Positions 53,974 to 64,000 of a DNA stretch of 64,000 nucleotides are shown in pieces (the first letter of the stretch is position 1; each line of letters opens with the position of its first letter). The DNA is from Flaccisagitta enflata. Its lineage: Eukaryota. The position numbers were made by a program, and so were the translations under genes. The DNA lies in NCBI GenBank assembly GCA_965153355.1, contig OZ231126.1:22568001-22632000 (forward strand). Direction: 5' to 3'. The notes below the pieces were generated by a model that was not told where the DNA came from, ran no database searches, and was given only the letters and a program-made list of their open reading frames with translations.

Positions 53974-56759
53974 TCTCTCAAAGCGCCATAATGTGGTCTG
54001 CAATACCATTGGCAATAGGCTCGGCAGTTAGATATGATATGAATGCGTCGTTTTACACCTGAAAATTCACTATTGGCACAATGGTACTAAAATTATACAT
54101 AAGTCAAATGATAATTTTTTAGGAAAAAACAAAAAAGGATAATCTTAAAAAGGATATATTAAATGGTTGTTTGAGGTTTAACTTAATGCAGGCTTAAATC
54201 TGATTAGAATAGATATTGTTAAGGTACATCAAGTATTTCATCATAAACATAATAAATTTTTTGATCTTTCTGCAATAGAATCTAAAATAATTTGAAGGCA
54301 AAAAATGATTAAAAATGTTTTAAATGAAAATTCAATACACATAATTGATGCAAAAAACTTTTTGATAAAAGAATATCTTTATAATTTCAATGAAAAAAAA
54401 TATATTGCAAAAAAGAATTGGTGCAAAAAAAAGATTGATGCGAAAGGATTAATTTTATAGGGAAAAAAATTTTCATAAAGAAAATAGTGAAAAAATCTAT
54501 TGTTGAAAAAAGATTTTTTGTTAAAGAAAAGATTTTAATAAAAAAAAAGATTTTTACAAAAAAAATTTTTACGCAAAAAAATTTTTTTTGCAAAACAATG
54601 TGTTAAAAAAAATTTTTTATGCAAAGAATATTTTTGCAAAAAAAAAATTTGATAAAGAAAAATTTTTGATTGAAAAACAATGAATTTAAACTTTTTCAAC
54701 TCGATCACCACGGACCGACCAACCAACCGACCAACCAACGGATGGACCGACGGACAAAGCCTCTTATAGAGTCGCTTCTCCGCGACTAAAAAGACATAAA
54801 ACGGCAAAACAGCATTACTAACTAACCAACCAACCAACCTGCCGACCGACCGACAGGCAAACACTGCGGGCTAGAAATTGTAAACTAACAAGGCCGGATA
54901 CACGGCCAATACCAGTCGCAAACGGGTGGGCAGGGGCGGAAATACGCATTTTCACACTTTCAAACTCAATCACCACGGACCAACGGACCAACGGACCAAC
55001 GGACCAACGGACCGACGGACGGACAAAGCCTCTTATAGAGTCGCTTGTCCGCGACTAAAAACCAAATTGATGCAGAAAAATTTTGAAGCAAAAAATTTGC
55101 GTCTATGAAAAAGTGTTAATGAATGACAGCAAAAGCATAGAACCCTACTGACTTAGCAAAAACAGCAACACAAAATTTACGCTAAATTGATATTTCAAAT
55201 CACTCTTTAACTGACTTAATTTAATTTTTCATTGATTTTTCCGAGATGATATATTATTTGACTTTTGGTTTGTTTTTGCTTTAACCAAGCCCATAGTGGA
55301 TTTTGGTGTCATTTCAGCGCACAGTGCGCCACCAATAATCATCGATAATCAACTCTGAAAGTAACAAGGCCAGATACACGGCAATCCAGTCACGGACGGT
55401 TGGGCAGGAGCCAAAACCACTTGGAATTCAACAAGGCCAACACCTATCAGTGGCTAGTCAGAGAGTACACATAGATGGGGTAGGAGCACTGGATATCGAG
55501 ACTCACTCTAGTAGTATTTTTGACCGTAGAATCGATTGGAGGGGTCAAAATGGGTAAAAAATGACCGGATCGCGGCGCGCAATGGACCTGATCGAGCATT
55601 TCGGCCATTTTTCGGTTATTTTGAGATTTTTTCATGCTTATGTGGGCTTCCAAGCCATACCTACACATGTTAAATCAACGTCATGTGGTTTTTTCCATAG
55701 TCTCAAACATGATTTGTAAGGTTAATACCTGATTACAACAAATTTTAGTGTCCTTCCTGTGTAGAATCTGCCTTGGGGCCCCGTATCGAGCATAATTGCC
55801 TGTTATTTGAGTGGGAGCGGAAAGCAAATGATTAACATTTACCTTTACTTTGCAATCGTTTTTCTCTGGTTATGACTGAGCTAGGTTATCATTGTGAAGC
55901 TCAATTGATTTGTCTTTTCATGCTGAATTGTTTGATACCCATTATGACCATTATATTAAAATTTTTGGCTCAGACCCTAGTGTCATTTCCGCAATGTGCG
56001 TCAAAATGCGAAAATACGCGATTTTTTTTTTGTTCGAGGAGCAATGCTGCTCATATTCTCCTCTTGAAAATGGTGTCATGTAGTGGGTGTAGTGGGTGCT
56101 GATAGTCGTAAAAGCGTTACATGGTCAGCGGTACCCGATGCCCCTGTGTTGGTGTGTGAGGATGAGACGATGAAAGGGACAGCGGCCCCGGAGGGGCCGA
56201 TGACCTACAATTCCACACAAGGCAATTCTCTCCAATTTTCCGTCTGTCTGAAAACCTGAACCTGATTTGTTGACCAATGGCCCTGATTTGAGGTCTGAGA
56301 TACCAGATTTGGGGTCTTAGGGACCTCGTTTGAAGCATGAGCTGAGGAGAGTAATTTGTGCCTGGGTGGAGGGGACTTGGACAAACGGTGGTTTGAGAAA
56401 CTGATTTTGGGGGCTAAGATTTTGGGTCAGGGAGGTCTGATTAAGGGAATATGAGACTGCCTTTTTGGCTGGAGAGGCCAGATTTGGGGTCTGAGAGGTC
56501 TGATGGGGGGTCTGAAAGGCCTGCATCAGGGTTTGAGAGGCTTCATTTTGGATCTAGGGCTTCACTACATGATATTTTTTTGCTCAGTCCCTTGAAATGC
56601 GCTCTAGTGAAGCTCAAATGTAATTGAATGGGGACCAACTGACCAACCGACGGAAGGACCAAGCCTGTTGTCGCGCACACGCGACTAAAAAAGGAATTTT
56701 GTTGACATTGAGAAATCGTCATTTTTTGCAGAGAGAGAGAGAGAGAGAGAGGAGAGACC

Positions 56760-61370
<4,611 letters not shown>

Positions 61371-62177
61371 AAACAAACAGGCGTAATCAGTTTATCAAAA
61401 TGGCGACTTTTTTCCTAGTTTTTCCTGTTTTCCTATGTTTTTATGCTCGATGGAGGGCCCTAAACAAGAAAATTGGTTAAAAACACCCTTCCTGACAAAA
61501 AATCCTCATGAAATGGGAATTTACGGGGTTCTAGATCCATATTAAGTCAAGTTGTATCAGTTGCCGAGTACAAGAAAGCTAAAAGACCAGGCCAAGCACC
61601 GGAAATGGATGCAAAATATGGAAAAAAGCGTCATAATGCTCGATCAGGTCCGTTGCGCGCCGCGATCCGGTCATTTTTTACCTATTTTGACCCCTCCAAT
61701 CGATTCTACGGTCAAAAATACTACTAGAGTGAGTCTCGATATCCAGTGCTCCTACCCCATCTATGTGTACTCTCTGACTAATCAGTGGCGTGCGAGACTT
61801 ACAAATTGATTTAGAATGACTCAGAATGACTTAATACACTCTAAAATGACATAAAGAAATAAAATTGATAACAAGGCCAAGTAGGCCATTAACATTTGAA
61901 GTATAGATCGTCTAACAAATGCGTTATCCAACTTACTGACCAACCAACTGACCGACCGACTGACACAGCCAATTATAGAGATGCTTTGTCGCACTAAAAA
62001 AGTAAAATCGACCAACAGACAGACCAACCAACCAACCGACTGACGGACGGACAAAGTGGAGTGTAGAGTCATGTGCACGTGACTAGAAATGTGCAGGTGA
62101 CTAAAAATGTGACGGACAGACTAACGGATTGACCTAGCGACCGACAAGACTAAAAACGCAAGTAAACTGTTATTCAT

Positions 62178-62230
<53 letters not shown>

Positions 62231-62312
62231 CTGAAATCCTCGGATTTTACAATTAGTTGTCCTTAAAAGCTTCACTTTCGGGTATTCGGACCTTCATCAT
62301 CTTTTGAACATG

Positions 62313-62430
<118 letters not shown>

Positions 62431-63460
62431 CAGTACCGAAGCGGCATTTGTTCCATGGAGTTATTTTTTTCGCACGTCATTTTTTGATTTGGTGCAGGCA
62501 GTAGCTTGGATTAGAATGTACGGCGATTGCATTAAGCTAGACCTCAATTCAGTCCTTCAAGGATATGGTTTCTCAACATTGTTGCCTTCAGATATACATA
62601 CCAACTGACACGGCAAGGTGTAGAGTCGCGTGTCCGCCACTAACGATATATCAAAACGAAATAGAGAGACAGAGAAGAGGAAAAAAAAAGAGAATAAAAA
62701 AAGAAAAGAAATATTGAATGAATAAGTAATTGAATGAAATAAAGATAGAATAACAAAAAAAATGAATGAATGAATGAGAGAATGATTGAACGAATAAATG
62801 AATGAATGAATGAATGAATGAATGAATGAATGAATGAATGAATGAATTAATGAATGAATCAATGAATAAATGAAGGAATGAATTGATGGATGAATGAATG
62901 AATGAATGAGTGAATGAATGAATGAATGAATGAATGAATGAATGAATGTATGAATGAATGAATGAAGAAAATCGAAACAGAAGAAACAAGGCTGGATACC
63001 TGGCCAATGCAGTTGCCGGACGAGTGGGCTAAGGGGGCGAAAATGCGCGATTTCACGCTTTCGACCACCGTGTTCCGCCAGACGGGCCAACGAATGACGG
63101 ACAGGCAGACCAGACCAGACAGACGAACAGACCAGACAGACAGACAGACGAACGAACAGACAGACAGACAGACAGACAAAGGCTCTTATAGAGTTGCGTG
63201 TCCTTAACCAAAAATTCAATGAAGCAAAGCAATCCTCAGTGACTCCTTTGATAAAAGTAAAATAACGCCGTAAACTTAAACCCACCATCATCTCGTTAAT
63301 GAAGCCAATCATGCATGCAACAACAACAATTAAGAAAACAACAACAACAACAACAACAATAACAACAACAACAATAATATATACCAACAACCACAAAAAA
63401 CAACAAAAAACAACAACAATAATAACAACAATAACATCAACAACAACAACATCAACAATG

Positions 63461-63539
<79 letters not shown>

Positions 63540-64000
63540 AACTCATTATGCGCTTGTATAAAAAGTGGAACAATATCCCTCACTATACCCAAACTGAAAC
63601 AAATAGAAGGGAGCCTTGTGAACCTTCACTGACAAGATACTGCGCGCATCACTCCTAGTTTTCCATAAAACCGAATTTGAAAAACACTCCCTCTCAATCT
63701 AACCCAAAAGCAAACTTCTTACTAAAAGTAGTTAGGATGATGATTGCTACTTTTTTTACCAGAATTTAACAACGGGCAACATTGCTTAGAAACCATACCC
63801 TTAAGAGGATAGAATCGAGGTCAAGCATAATGCGACCGCCGGACATTCCTTGTATAGTGAAGACCAGCGGACCGCCGGTCATTCCTTAGTGCAGAAAAAA
63901 AATTTGAAAAGAGAGTAGAGAGACGATTGGGCTTATCGCTCAAAAAATTCACAAAAAAAAATTGTCTGCGACACACCCACACACACACACACACACACAC

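Overview
Eukaryotic, microsatellite-rich animal DNA, probably from a protostome Hox locus. Most ORFs in the track are translations of simple repeats. (1) A central-class Hox gene lies on the + strand. Its homeobox is split by a 4.2-kb intron (exons 35448-35600 and 39827-40416) and is followed by a Ubd-A-like peptide (Ubx/abd-A/Lox2/Lox4 group). No hexapeptide exon was found in the window. (2) A young, full-length ~13.3-kb BEL/Pao LTR retrotransposon lies on the - strand (6363-19637), inserted in a (TC)n tract. Its gag and pol are in frame but separated by one UGA-C stop followed by a GNRA-capped hairpin. It has no canonical tRNA primer site, and it carries a ~3-kb non-env, apparently multi-exon accessory gene between integrase and the 3' LTR. 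(3) A 6.3-kb DNA transposon (55455-61780) has 146-bp TIRs and a 9-bp TSD, sits inside a Helentron-type repeat, and carries a decayed intron-containing gene with a duplicated OTU-like motif. (4) Many HINE/DINE-1-like non-autonomous Helentron copies occur, some inflated by internal tandem arrays, along with MITEs and long microsatellites. All alignments and counts were made by eye.
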